Positions 31,031 through 44,183 of a stretch of DNA of 64,000 nt are shown piece by piece. The position numbers and the translations under genes were made by a program. The number at the start of each line of letters is the position of its first letter. Position 1 is the stretch's first letter. Under the pieces are notes generated by a model. The model was not told the DNA's origin. It did not search any database and saw only the letters and a list, made by a program, of their open reading frames with translations. Source of the stretch: Amoebidium appalachense (lineage: Eukaryota > Protista > Ichthyosporea); the NCBI GenBank assembly GCA_963693365.1, contig CAVNZM010000005.1:6635388-6699387 (forward strand), read 5' to 3'.

Positions 31031-34000
31031 TGTGGTATATTATACCGGATATCTAGTATGGATGTACACAGGTTGAGATATACGCGCACGTGTACATGTA
31101 TATATACCACTGTGTTTGATCTTAGGTAGGCCAGTATGCATGTCCCCCCAAGTCTTGTGCGCATGAGCATGAAGTTAAACATATGTGCACGTGCAGCTTG
31201 CAGGATTATTCATGGGAAAACAGATATAATAGTCACATGGGACCGACACGTAGTAGAGGAACCATGAGCGTTAAGTTATAGTTTTATCATGGGAAAATAT
31301 GCAAGTAGCCGTGAGGTATGACTGTGGAATGCATCGATAGTCAAGTACTGTCACCCGATTGGCTCACTAAGTTTATTGGAACCGTGATAGCCATGGGACA
31401 GAACCGTGAACCGTATGTGATTGGCTCTCGTAGCCAAAAAGCACATACCGATGCGCATGTCTGAGCCGCTGTGCGAGCTCCGATATAAGGGCATGTCGGG
31501 GGCTTCAGAGCTCACTCAGTGTGCTCGGCTTACTAGGTGTAAGTAGGACTAGCGCGTAACTAAGCAAAGCGTGGTCTAGTCAACCCCGTTCATTTATAAA
31601 CATATTGTTTGTCACAGACACACGATCATATTATACAACAGCTGAGCTACACCCCCTGCAGCTCTAGTTCTTGCGCTGCAAGTGTGCTCGTATCAAGCAA
31701 GTACTATGTTTTTAGTTGTTTGGGTCCTAACATGTCTAACCACCTTGGTGACGACAATGCCGGCCCTAGCGGCCTGCATGGGGGGGAAGCTAGAAACGCC
31801 GACCTCATTTTCCTTGAAGAACTCGGCTGTAATGTCCCCCTTTCCCCCCCCGGCGCTTCACCGTGGTACCCTCCTGGAGCAGACATTCCGTTGCTCGACC
31901 GTGTCTTAGACTACTTCCGTTCACACGACTTGCAACACGACAATCAATACTGCTTCTCTTTTCGTTCAGGGGAAACCGACTACGGACAATCATTTGACCC
32001 CGAAGACCTGCCACCTGAAGACAATCGACATTCATCAGTCGACCTTCTCCACGGGCTGGAAGTCGAGGTCAACGCAAACGCAAGCAGAGGCACCAGACGC
32101 CCTGGTACGCGCCCTAACGGAGTATGCAAATTTGCACAACAAGACGGGCGTGAGCCTGGCAGCTTGGTGCTGGTGCGTTCTTGGGTGTCTCCTTCTGTTC
32201 ATGCTGCTGGCATTGTTGGCATCGAAGTTTGCCAGCTGTACAGCGCGAACGGCACTGTACCGTTCGTCGTCGGCACTCACCATGCTCCACCAACAACTAC
32301 TCGCCCTCGTGAATGTATTCACTTCCAGGCAAAACTACGCGTGCCTTTCAGGGCAGTCTTCCCACATCACTAAGTCACATGAATTTATCAATCAGTTAGT
32401 GACTCTTAGTCGTGGTGAGCTCGACCTAGTGGTTACTTATTATGGTAACCGGGGCCCTCGAAAATTTCATCCAAGCATGCTCCCCTCGTGGGTTCGTGCC
32501 GGACGGGGCCCCCGTAAGAACTCTGGCCGAGGTGGTAGGGTTGACGTGGTGGTGGCCGGGGGGGGCATAACAACCCCCCTCCTGCTGCCAACGAAAATGG
32601 GGATGGTAATGCAGGTGGCGGTGGCCCCCCACCTCCCCCGGACGGTGGTGCTGACGGTGGTGCCGGTGGTGCTAATGGTGCCGGAGGTGCTAACGGTGCT
32701 CAGGCTGGTGGTGGTGGTGGTGATGGTGGTGGCGACGGCGGTGACGGTGGTGATGACGGTGACGGTAACGACGGCAACGGTGACGACCGGGAGGGGAAGG
32801 AAAAGATTCAACACATCCCCTCAGCAGCAATTCAGTCCCGTCCTATGCTCGAGGCAGATGCCGATATCGACGAATTCTACAAACAACTCCAACATCATTT
32901 AATATTCTTTTGTATTATGGAGTTGGTGGGCTTGAATCGCACGTTGATGTTTATTCGTATGTGCATGGGCCCCGGGGACCCCCGAGATGCTGCCAACAAC
33001 GTCGACCTTTCCACGTGCACCGGCATCGACGATTTTTGGGCTAAGTTCCTTGAGAAGTATTTAGACAAGGAACGTAAGGAGGAGCATTTAGACGAGCTGA
33101 ACAAGCTTCGTTTTATGCACACTCGGGCCTCGATAAAGACATTCCACAAGAAATTTAATTGCATCGTCTCCAACACGGGTCTCAAGAACATGCCCGATGT
33201 GTTGCTTCATCATTACCAACGTACCCTCAACGACTACCCGGACCTTTGTTCGGAGGCCCGGGCTGCAACCACCCTCAAACAAGCCATGGCCCGTGTCATC
33301 CGACGGTATGAGGCTGATGTGGGTGCTCACAATTTAAAATGTAACCGTAATGTGGGTGCTGTAGATGAGATGGGTGGTGGTAGTGGGGGGCATGGTGGTG
33401 GTGGTGGTGGTCACGGGAGTGGCCACGGGGGTAGTGGGGGTAATGTTGGTGGTAAGGGTAAATCTAATGGGGGGGGGAAAATGGGCTAAGGACAATAAGA
33501 AAGATAAGAGGGGGCCCAATTGTTGGGCATGCAAGCAGCCGGGGCATCGTTTTAAAGATTGCCCCACCCGAGCTGCCAAGAAGAACAAGGGCAAGCAAAG
33601 TGATAAATAGGTAATTGCCGGTGCTGGATGCACGGATACGGCATGTATTGCACATTGTGACCCAGTGGGTCACGAAAAAGTAATTAAAAATGTGCCTATA
33701 CCATGTGCTTCTGCCCCGGCTTCTTCCGATATTCCCCCCTCCGAGCCCCCTTCCCCCGACCCCCGACCCCCCACCCCCCCACACCTATCCCCCCCCCACA
33801 AAGAAACTTCGAACACTCGATAGAATAAGAAAAGTGTTCGATATAAGTGCCATATGCAATGCAGGAAGACGTATCTATGTTAATGTTACGTTGAGTAATG
33901 AAAAATATTTTGCATTGTTTGACACTGGGGCATCATTCACGGTGGTTAGTGAAGCTGTTTTTTCCCGACACATGCAGGAGTTTGCTTTGCAACCCTCGGA

Positions 34001-37000
34001 TGTGATTGTTACTTCTGTAAGGAAAAACGATAAAGCTCTAGCTGTGAGTGGTGAAGTGATGCTCCCGTTATGCCTCGGTTCTCAAACATTCATGTGGCCT
34101 TGCTTAGTAATTAAAAATATTAAGCTCGATGGGGCAAAGACATACATTGGGCTTACGGAAATACCGTTTTTGGGTTGGATTGTAGGTGTGAATGGCATTC
34201 GGCCCGACCCGAAAAAGGTTCAGGCAGTGAAAGATTGGCCGGTACCAAACACACTACACCAACTCCGGGGTTTTCTGGGTATTACTTCCTATCTCCGCCG
34301 TCACATTTTAAATTATGCAGAGCGAGCCCGACCCATGAATGCCGAGTGTTACGGAGAAAAACACCGACGGTTAAAATGGACGGACAAATTAGATCGCTCG
34401 TTTTAAGATTTAAAATCGGCGTTATCGGAGGAAGTACTTGCCCTGCCCGATCTTTCCCCCACGGGGGGTCAGTTTCTTATTCGTTGTGATGCTAGTCGGT
34501 TCTCGGAAGGGGCTTGCCTGTATCAAAAACAAAAAGATGGCAAGTTCCGCACGGTGGCATATGCCTCCCGGATGTTTCAACCTACCGAACGTAGGTGGAG
34601 CAACATCGAACGAGAAACGCATGCAATCTATTGGGCACTGAAAGAGTTTAGGGTGTACGTGTATGGTCGAGTGAATACTATTGTGGAAAGTGACCATAAG
34701 CCCTGTCTTTCTCTTAAAGGTGTCAAACGGATAGCAAACGAACGGATGCAACGGTGGGCTTTGGAAATGCAGGAGTATGATTTCGATCTATACTACCGTC
34801 CTGGCCCTACCATGCACGATGCTGATGGGTTAAGCCGTATAGGATATATTCTGCATGAGACCGAAAACATACCACTGGAAAGGTGGGATGTGAAAAAGGA
34901 ATTACAAGAGGTTCTCACAGCAGATTTATCCGACCTTAGCTCGAACCCAGCCGAAGTGTTTGTTGATTGGGGTGATGCACTCGAATTCACACACATTTTC
35001 GATCCAGACCGCTTGAAATGTGCACAAATTTCTGCACTCAGTCAAGCCGGCCTGCCCTCCCTTTCTGCACTCGGTGGTGCCGGCTATCAGAAGGAAGCAA
35101 TTATGATGGCACAGGGGGGGGACAAAATGTGTAAGGATATAATCACGTGGCTCCGGTGGCTTGCCTCCCTCGATGCCGAGGCCAAACGGGAATGGCAGGC
35201 AGGGGGGGAACGAGCTGCACACGGTCTTAATCTTGAGTATTTCGGATACAAAAAGGTTAAGAAAATAGCACAAATGTGTGTGATAGAGGATGACGTGCTT
35301 TATCATGTGGCTAAGGATGGTCGTCGTTGCCTGTATGTGCCCGAAATCCTTCGTGCTGATTTATTAAGAAGTGTGCACGACGGGGGGGCTCATACTGGCA
35401 TTGAACGAACTTACGAAAGATTATACAATTATTATTGGCCACGCATGCACAAAGATATCACTGCTTATGTGAATGCCTGCACACAGTGCCAAGGCCGTAA
35501 CGATAACCCACACTTGAGAAGTAGGCCATTTGAACAGAGATACGAAAATTTGAAAATGTTCTCTCGTGTTTCTGTTGACCTTATGGGTCCGTTCACAGAA
35601 ACGAAAAATGGTAATACTTTCATTTGTGTGTTTATGGATATGGCAACGAAGTATTTAATCACTGTGCCCATCCAATCTAAGCATGCCGTTAATGTTGCAC
35701 ATGCACTCATGAATGTAATTTGCTATATACACGGCCCCCCTCGTACACTCTTGAGTGATCAAGGATCAGAATTTCTCAATGAGCTAATTATTGAGATTTG
35801 CCGTATAGCAAATATTGCACAAGTGAGCACCTCTGCATATCACCCACAATGCAACGGTTCCAATGAACGGTCTCATAGATTTATTAATAATGCACTCTCA
35901 AAGTACGTTAATTATGAGCACACTAATTGGGACACTCTGTTGCCGGTGGTTACACATGCATACAACACAACAACACACAAAATTTTGCAATGTACACCGT
36001 ATTATCTTGTGTACGGGCAAGAAGCAACACAATTCCCTGACGTTGCCCTTCTTAGCAGTAACCACCCGGCACTCAAGGACCCAGAGTGGAAGGCATACCG
36101 GCGAGAGTTACTAGCCCGTCTGCCTCTGCTCCGTGCTGTGGTCCAGCAACGTGCCGTACGAGAGCCCCCAGGCCCCTCGGTGGCTCGTGAATTTAAGAAG
36201 GGTGCACGGATAGGTGTTCGGAATCAAGCCAAAAATATCGGTGCCTGGGATGTACGGTGGATTACGGGTTACGAAATCGTCAAAAGGGTCGGCCCGGTCA
36301 CGTACGAGATCCGAAGCTTAGCAACTATGAAGAAATCTAAGTGGCACGTGGACGATATTCAGCTTGAATTGAGTGAGCAAAATAGAATTCGGCCTCAAGA
36401 TCTCTCTCACCTCCCGGACACGGGCGATAGTCACAATTTCAACAAGGTTCTGCCGGACGAGTGGGTGGTGGAAAAGGTGCTTGACGTAAGAATTCAGAAA
36501 CGGCGCAAGCAATCCACCCCTTACAAGTGGTACCAGATCAAGTGGGCAGGCAAAGATGAATCATTCACCTCTTGGGAGTGTGAGAAAGACTTAGCCTGCC
36601 CGGACAAGATCCGAGAGTTCCACCAACGCAGAGGTGACCTTGCATCGTTCCACGGATACATTGACTCATTGTGTGGAGCATGGTGACGTATGTCGAGGAC
36701 GACATACTTCTTTTTACGGTGGGGCGTGTGGTATATTATACCGGATATCTAGTATGGATGTACACAGGTTGAGATATACGCGCACGTGTACATGTATATA
36801 TACCACTGTGTTTGATCTTAGGTAGGCCAGTATGCATGTCCCCCCCAGTCTTGTGCGCATGAGCATGGAGTTAAACATATGTGCACGTGCAACTTGCAGG
36901 ATTATTCATGGGGAATCAGATATAATAGCCACATGGGACCGACACGTAGTAGAGGAACCATGAGCGTTAAGTTATAGTGTTATCATGGGAAAATATGCAA

Positions 37001-37336
37001 GTAGCCGTGAGGTATGACTGTGGAATGCATCGATAATCAAGTACTGTCACCCGATTGGCTCACTAGGTTTATTGGAACCGTGATGGCCATGGGACAGAAC
37101 CGTGAACCGTATGTGATTGGCTCTCGTAGCCAAAAAGCACATACCGATGCGCATGTCTGAGCCGCTGTGCGAGCTCCGATATAAGGGCATGTTGGGGGCT
37201 TCAGAGCTCACTCAGTGTGCTCGGCTTACTAGGTGTAAGTAGGACTAGCACGTAACTAAGCAAAGCGTGGTCTAGTCAACCCCGTTCATTTATAAACATA
37301 TTGTTTGTCACAGACACACGATCTTATTATACAACA
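31031..37336 (+). mobile_element. Ty3/Gypsy chromodomain element, copy 2 (internally deleted)
   Basis: 610 bp LTRs at 31031-31640 and 36727-37336; TSD TCGCT; lacks ~1.43 kb (copy 1 23927-25355) through TTAAGC microhomology; gag frameshifted. Confidence 0.96.
34554..36686 (+). CDS. pol: RNase H-integrase-chromodomain portion of copy 2 pol
   Basis: Near-identical to copy 1 ORF 25577-27928. Confidence 0.9.
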   Translation: MAYASRMFQPTERRWSNIERETHAIYWALKEFRVYVYGRVNTIVESDHKPCLSLKGVKRIANERMQRWALEMQEYDFDLYYRPGPTMHDADGLSRIGYILHETENIPLERWDVKKELQEVLTADLSDLSSNPAEVFVDWGDALEFTHIFDPDRLKCAQISALSQAGLPSLSALGGAGYQKEAIMMAQGGDKMCKDIITWLRWLASLDAEAKREWQAGGERAAHGLNLEYFGYKKVKKIAQMCVIEDDVLYHVAKDGRRCLYVPEILRADLLRSVHDGGAHTGIERTYERLYNYYWPRMHKDITAYVNACTQCQGRNDNPHLRSRPFEQRYENLKMFSRVSVDLMGPFTETKNGNTFICVFMDMATKYLITVPIQSKHAVNVAHALMNVICYIHGPPRTLLSDQGSEFLNELIIEICRIANIAQVSTSAYHPQCNGSNERSHRFINNALSKYVNYEHTNWDTLLPVVTHAYNTTTHKILQCTPYYLVYGQEATQFPDVALLSSNHPALKDPEWKAYRRELLARLPLLRAVVQQRAVREPPGPSVAREFKKGARIGVRNQAKNIGAWDVRWITGYEIVKRVGPVTYEIRSLATMKKSKWHVDDIQLELSEQNRIRPQDLSHLPDTGDSHNFNKVLPDEWVVEKVLDVRIQKRRKQSTPYKWYQIKWAGKDESFTSWECEKDLACPDKIREFHQRRGDLASFHGYIDSLCGAW

Positions 37337-40300
37337 TCGCTACACAGTGTTCATTGTGCGTGCCGGCTACCGTGATACCCTCATAAACATCATCCAACGT
37401 GCTACCGACGCCACCTTTCTTGCAGACGTCGATCCTACGGCTCCCTACAACACCACACTTAACCGTGCTGACGCAGAGGCCGCTGCCCGGGCCTCTTGGC
37501 AACGCCGGGTGCTTGCAAGAATGGCCAACGCCCACGCATGGGCTGTCAAGGCAGCCACACTCTTTACCCGGCACACGACAGCCGGGTCAGAACAGCAGCT
37601 GAGGTGCGTGCCTACTGGGAGGCTCAGCACGTGCAGGTCTTCAGCAAGCCCTACGACCCCGCCGCCGCACCAGCCAACTCCCAGTAAGCATGCTCTCCTT
37701 TCTTTTCTGGAATGCTCGTAGTCTAAATAAGAGAAAAGCACAGTTTCTTCTTTCGTTATAGTATCCCAACAGGAGTTCCCGTTTATTGTTGTCGCAGAAA
37801 CGTGGTGGCGAGACCACGCCACACTTCGTCGGTCTGGACGGCTCGTGGGCGAGTCTACTCAGCCTGTGGGCCACAAGCCTCACTCCGGCATAGTGTTCAT
37901 CGCCGCCTCAGCCACTTTGTTAATCGTTGTTCAGTTATAGCACGTACAATACACACACTCACCCTCTCAGTTTGTGGCCATATATGCACTTTTGTTTATT
38001 TTCCACCTACTAGCCTTCCACTGCTAGCACTTAAACACGAACTTAACACCATCGCCCCACATAACCCCACACTACTGTTAGGAGGCTTTAATAGCCCGCT
38101 AGTTACCACACCACACCCCATACACGGCCACCCACAGGCCCTACTTAAACCCAACCACCCACACACGACAACCTTTCACACTTTTGTTACAGCCTTACGC
38201 CTTACTCTTCCATCTGTAGTACAAGTGTAAACAACTGTACACATGAACTGTACATGTTTACTAAAGAATGTTCTACTAGCACACAATTCGTTCTTTGTCA
38301 TGAATATCACATAAATATTATGTCCACACCAATAGGAATCAATCTTACCTAAGAAATGAACCATGTATGATTCTTTAGCTGCATACCACATAAACGAAGT
38401 GAACCAATAAGAGGTTTGCATAAATAGGACAAAGGTCTGACTGGCTCGGACCGCACCAGAATCACGAATGGCATGTTGCCACCCGCGCTGGCCGCGGATG
38501 AACCAATCCTGGGCCTTGATCCGAAACCTGGGGGCTATATAACAAAGCCGTCCCAGTACGGGGATCACATCAGTGAAGTCTGAGACAGACTGAGTCGGCC
38601 CATAGTAAAAGCAACCTGGCCACGTGTGCCTTTCTACCCGTTCTCTGTCTTTATTTTGATTCAGTTGTACTCTGCCTTATCCTAACTAGTCCAACTGTTT
38701 ACATTGGCGACCGCGGCAGGACACTGTTTTACATTGCCAACTGTTTACATTGGCGACCGCGCAGTTCAAGAATCTCGCATCCTTCGAATCTCACATCTTT
38801 CAATCAGTTCAAGAATCTCACATCTTTCAATCAGCTCAAGAATCTCCCATGGCCGATCACAATCCTTTTTACCCCGATGATAGGCACATCTTTCCTTGTC
38901 CGGCTTAGAATATATACACCTACAAGTTTGAAGTGGCCAGCCCACCTACACGGAAAGAATTGAAAGCATGTAAAACTTCTTTTGCTACGACACATCAAAA
39001 ATGTGAAGAAAAACGAATACACAACGAAACAACGAATACACGAACAAACGAATAAAGAATTGCTAACGAAGCAATGAACCAACGAAAAACGAACCATCAC
39101 GAATACGCAATGAAATAAAGAATTAACGACAAACGATTGCATAGAGGAAATACGAAATGAATGCAACACGAAAACAAAACGAAGTAACGAAGTTATCAAA
39201 CGACAAAAAACGAAAAACGAAAGCAAAATGAACTGGAAATACGAAAATGAAAGAACGAATGCACAACACTGCTTGGGTTGCAATGCACACAGCCCCCTCT
39301 ATGTTAGGAAGAAAATAAAACCGTTGCCCTTGCGTGCATTGCCCTATTGCACACTGCCATCGTGTCCATGCCACCGCATGCACGTCCACACTCGCAAGCC
39401 AGATGCACGGCCACTTTCAGCACGAATGCATTTAAAGAAGAAGATAGTCGCTGTTCCTATAGCATTGAGGACATAAGGTGCTGTGAAAGTAGTTTTGCAT
39501 GCATGCTTCGAATTTCTTGCTGTTTTCGAATACAGCATGCCCCATAGTTTAGCGCACAGGATGCACAACATGCGCATGAATGTATGCTGGCATGCCTAAA
39601 CACATTACGAACATATGCCTCATGTATGGCGGCCCTTCCTGGTGCCACGCCCTAACGAATTTGCACTCTTGGTGCACAAAAGGCATGTAATAAAGTCGAT
39701 GCAGAACTTTTGTTCATGCATGTGAAAAACAAAGAAGGTGTTGGGTACGAATTTTAAGGTGAATGCCCGTCTGTGGCAATACTGTGTAACATACCAATTA
39801 CACTGTCAAGCCTTGCACTAGCTGCCGGCACACCCCCACCAGAACAAAAGAATGTGGTATGGGCACCGTTCCCTCACAACCCCAGCATACAGTGTCAGTA
39901 TTTTGGCTGGAAGCCTTTCAGTTTCGAATTACGAATACCCTCCTTCACTACTGAAGAAAGTGACGTGGAAGACGAATACGAATACGAATGCAAGGTGTTG
40001 TTGACTAACACATCGGACCATCATGTGTACCTAGGCCCTGGTACGGAGGTGACCATGTTATTCCCTTGCAATATGATGACACTGTAACAATTTAGCACGT
40101 GCATACCCCACCAATGGGCACATGCGGGAGACAACCCCACAAGCTGCCTTATTGGGCACCTCTGCTAAAACGAATATTCTTCTCACGAAGGAACAGAAGA
40201 ATGCCACGAACACGAACCACACACCCCCCAGGCAGCTACTTACGTCTGATGTATGAAAGTAGTAGGTGTGTGAATGGGGTAACTACATGAACACCAACAC

Positions 40301-40412
40301 GAAAGCAAGCACAGCACAAAGCAGTTCCACGAATACGAATGGTTTTGGTTTTCCACACAACGAACAGAACCAACAGTAGGGCCACCTACAAAAGAAGCAG
40401 AGGATGGGGCAC

Positions 40413-43400
40413 TGTTAAATTTTATAAGTATTTAGGATGTAAGCAGAGACACAGTGGTGCAGTGTGAAAACACCACAGACACACACAACAACAAAACACG
40501 GAACGATCGGAGCAGTGTACACAACAGACATCAATGTTTAGACACGACTGAACTCAATTTATTTTGATCGCTAATAAATACCTGAAATTCCCTTAAGTTA
40601 AATCCATACATGATTTCCGACCAGTCGGAAATCAGATCTATGTCTAAAATAACCAATCACAATTAACTGATTATTTCCCGGATAGATCCGGAGGCACAGG
40701 AACGCACACCATAGGTCACAGCTATAAGAAAGAAAAGAGGTGAAGAGTAACGAGGAAAGAGGTGATGTTTCTAACCTATCATCGGCTACAAAGACTCAGA
40801 CATTTTCTGACTAAGTCCACTGATTGGATATAGTACGGCAACACACAAAACAAAAGTGTTTGACTAAGCTATGAATCATACCTGACAAGCTAAAGTGTAG
40901 CCTAAGTGTTTTTCTACCAATCAAAACATAACGAGTAATATAAATCTACTCAACGTATATTAGTGAGAGAGAAATATAATTATGTGAAAGGAAACAAGAG
41001 AAGAAAGAAAGAGAAAAGAAAGAAGAAGAAAGAGAAAAAAGAAAAGAAAGCAGGACAGAAAACACGAACAGCAAAACACAGTTATAACCGAAGATATTCA
41101 TGTACACATAACATGTACACATGTCTCCCTCACTGGGTAGACTCGTGTACCTATAATCAGTTGCTGTAATCGATATCTAAACACACGAATATAGCCGACA
41201 CAACACGATTACAAGTACTCAAATACACTGGAGATCGATGTCATAATTTACGTACAAGGAGCACATCTTTTTCATTAAGTAAATGAATGAAAACATAACA
41301 CGAACTGAGAAGATCTTACAATATGTAAATACTACGTATTATAACATCCCCACTTAAGACTTTGAAGTTTGTGTTATCATATCCCCACTGAACTAGTGAA
41401 ATCTCCCCACTTGAGAACAGAAACGGAAAAAAAAAAAAAATTAAAGTGTGTACTTTTCCCGGGGGGGGGGGGGGGGGGAGAAGGGGGGGGGGAGGGGGGG
41501 GGGGGAAGGGGGGGGGGGGAAGGGGGGGGGGAAGGGGGGGGGGGAGGGGGGGGGAAGGAACCGGGGCAAAAACAACGAATATATATAACGTGTATAGGCG
41601 GTGTTTGATTAACTGGGTTTTAAACCAGTGAAAGATAGAGTAGAGTGATGGTACGGGTCAAACCTTATATATAAACCCTAAGTGGGCATACCCACAAAGG
41701 CAATACATATGATATAATGATGTTGATAAAGTAAGTAGTACACATGAGAAAATCACTCTTGAAGTAGGTCGGGTCAATCCACAATATCCGGTAAACAAAG
41801 TCGAGCACGATGGTGGACATGACTCGGGCCGGGGAGGGGTTTGGTGAGTATGTCAGCTAAGTTGTGGGCTGACTCAACGTAATGGACAACCACGTCCCCA
41901 CTGGCAATGTAGTCCTTGGTGTTGTGATACCGGACAGCAATGTGTTTGGTACGGTGCTTGATGCCGGTGGAGTTGACGATGGCAATGGTCGACTGGTTGT
42001 CACAGTACACCGGAGTCGGAGCAAGCATGGGACAGCCGAGTTCCTTGAAGAGGTCACGGACCCAAGCAACTTCTTGGGTGCCAGCATTGAGAGCAATCAG
42101 CTCAGCTTCAGTGGTGCTGGTGGCCGTGATGGGCTGGAGTTTGGAGTACCAGATGACGGGCATACCAGCAAACACGATAATGTAGCCGGTGGTAGACTTC
42201 TTGCTGTCGGCACAACCAGCAAAGTCAGCATCCGTGTAGCATTCGAGTATGGGGGACTGGGTGGCCGAGTACTTGTAGTCAATGCCAAGGTCAATGGTGC
42301 CGAGCAGGTACCGGGCCACACGACGGAGAAGGTCCCAGTGAGTCTTGCCGGGGTTGGTGCTGAAACGACCAAGGAAGCCGATGGCATAGGCAATGTCGGG
42401 ACGTGTGCACCGTGCCACCCAGAGGAGACGGCCGAGTAACTCACGGTAGGGCACGGTGAACGGTTGGGGGGGGCAATCAGCCAGGGAGACGGTGGTGCCT
42501 GCAGGGATGGGGGTAGACTTGGACTTGGCATCGGTGAGGTTGAAGTCGTGGATGATATCCATGATGTAAGACCTCTGGTGCATGTGGAGGTGATGGGGAT
42601 CAGAGTGATTAAAATCAACACCGAGCATACGGTCAAATGGACTCATACGACAGCTGGCCATCTTGCTGATGTGGGCAGCCAGGTCACTGGCAGCAGTAGA
42701 ACCCCGGGTGTTGGTGATGGTGGAGTCATCGACGTAGTTACCAGCCCGTACCACATCGTTGTTGGGGAAGAACCGGAGGTAGATGCACGGGTCGGTCTTA
42801 GTACGGGTCAGGCCATGGGCAAGAAGAATGCCGTCGAGGAAGTCGTACCAAGCCTTGGAGGCTTGCTTGAGGCCGTACAGGGCTTTCTTGAGTCTCCAGA
42901 CCTTGCCAAGTGTGGCCATGGTGATGAATCCCGGGGGTTGTTTCATGTAGATGGTCTCGGTGAGTGGGCTGTTGAGAAAGGCCGTAGACACGTCGAGTTG
43001 ATGTATGTCATGACCTTCAACAACGGCCAGAGCTAGGATGGCACGGAGAGCAGCCGGACGGATGACAGGGCTCTCAATCAACTCATAGTCAACACCGTAT
43101 TGCTGACTGAAGCCTTGAGCAACACCACGTGCCTTGATCTTGGTGTCACCAGCCGAGTTGAGAGTTTTCTCGGAGACAATCCACTTGAAGCCGACGATGT
43201 TAGCACCAGGGGGGGGGTCAACAAGTTCAAAGATGTCTTTGTCGACGAAGGCTTGATACTCAGCAGTCAGGGCTGACTTGACCTGATCACCATTGGGTCC
43301 GGAACAGAGTTGACGGACAAGTCATGTATGGATTTAACTTAAGGGAATTTCAGGTATTTATTAGCGATCAAAATAAATTGAGTTCAGTCGTGTCTAAACA

Positions 43401-44183
43401 TTGATGTCTGTTGTGTACACTGCTCCGATCGTTCCGTGTTTTGTTGTTGTGTGTGTCTGTGGTGTTTTCACACTGCACCACTGTGTCTCTGCTTACATCC
43501 TAAATACTTATAAAATTTAACAGGTTATGGGCCCAGGAACGCACACCATAGGTCACAGCTATAAGAAAGAAAAGAGGTGAAGAGTATCGAGGAAAGAGGT
43601 GATGTTTCTAACCTATCATCGGCTACAAAGACTCAGACATTTTCTGACTAAGTCCACTGATTGGATATAGTACGGCAACACACAAAACAAAAGTGTTTGA
43701 CTAAGCTATGAATCATACCTGACAAGCTAAAGTGTAGCCTAAGTGTTTTTCTACCAATCAAAACATAACGAGTAATATAAATCTACTCAACGTATATTAG
43801 TGAGAGAGAAATATAATTATGTGAAAGGAAACAAGAGAAGAAAGAAAGAGAAAAGAAAGAAGAAGAAAGAGAAAAAAGAAAAGAAAGCAGGACAGAAAAC
43901 ACGAACAGCAAAACACAGTTATAACCGAAGATATTCATGTACACATAACATGTACACATGTCTCCCTCACTGGGTAGACTCGTGTACCTATAATCAGTTG
44001 CTGTAATCGATATCTAAACACACGAATATAGCCGACACAACACGATTACAAGTACTCAAATACACTGGAGATCGATGTCATAATTTACGTACAAGGAGCA
44101 CATCTTTTTCATTAAGTAAATGAATGAAAACATAACACGAACTGAGAAGATCTTACAATATGTAAATACTACGTATTATAACA
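40413..44183 (-). mobile_element. Copia element, rearranged (gag, protease and integrase lost; U5+PBS inverted)
   Basis: 3' LTR 40413-41346; 5' LTR part 43534-44183; TSD GGCAC; PPT next to 41346; PBS GGTTATGGGCCCAG. Confidence 0.92.
41774..43320 (-). pseudogene. Copia RT-RNase H, 5'-truncated
   Basis: KARGVAQG, QLDVSTAFLN, LKKALYGLKQA, YVDD, TRPDI, YTDAD, STTEAE, YCDNQS, NLADILTK. Confidence 0.93.

Noticed and set aside
39773-40087. dUTPase-like ORF (VLLTNTSDHHVYLGPGTEV)
   Set aside because: Only one weak motif; best read as a decayed post-protease region of Gypsy pol.
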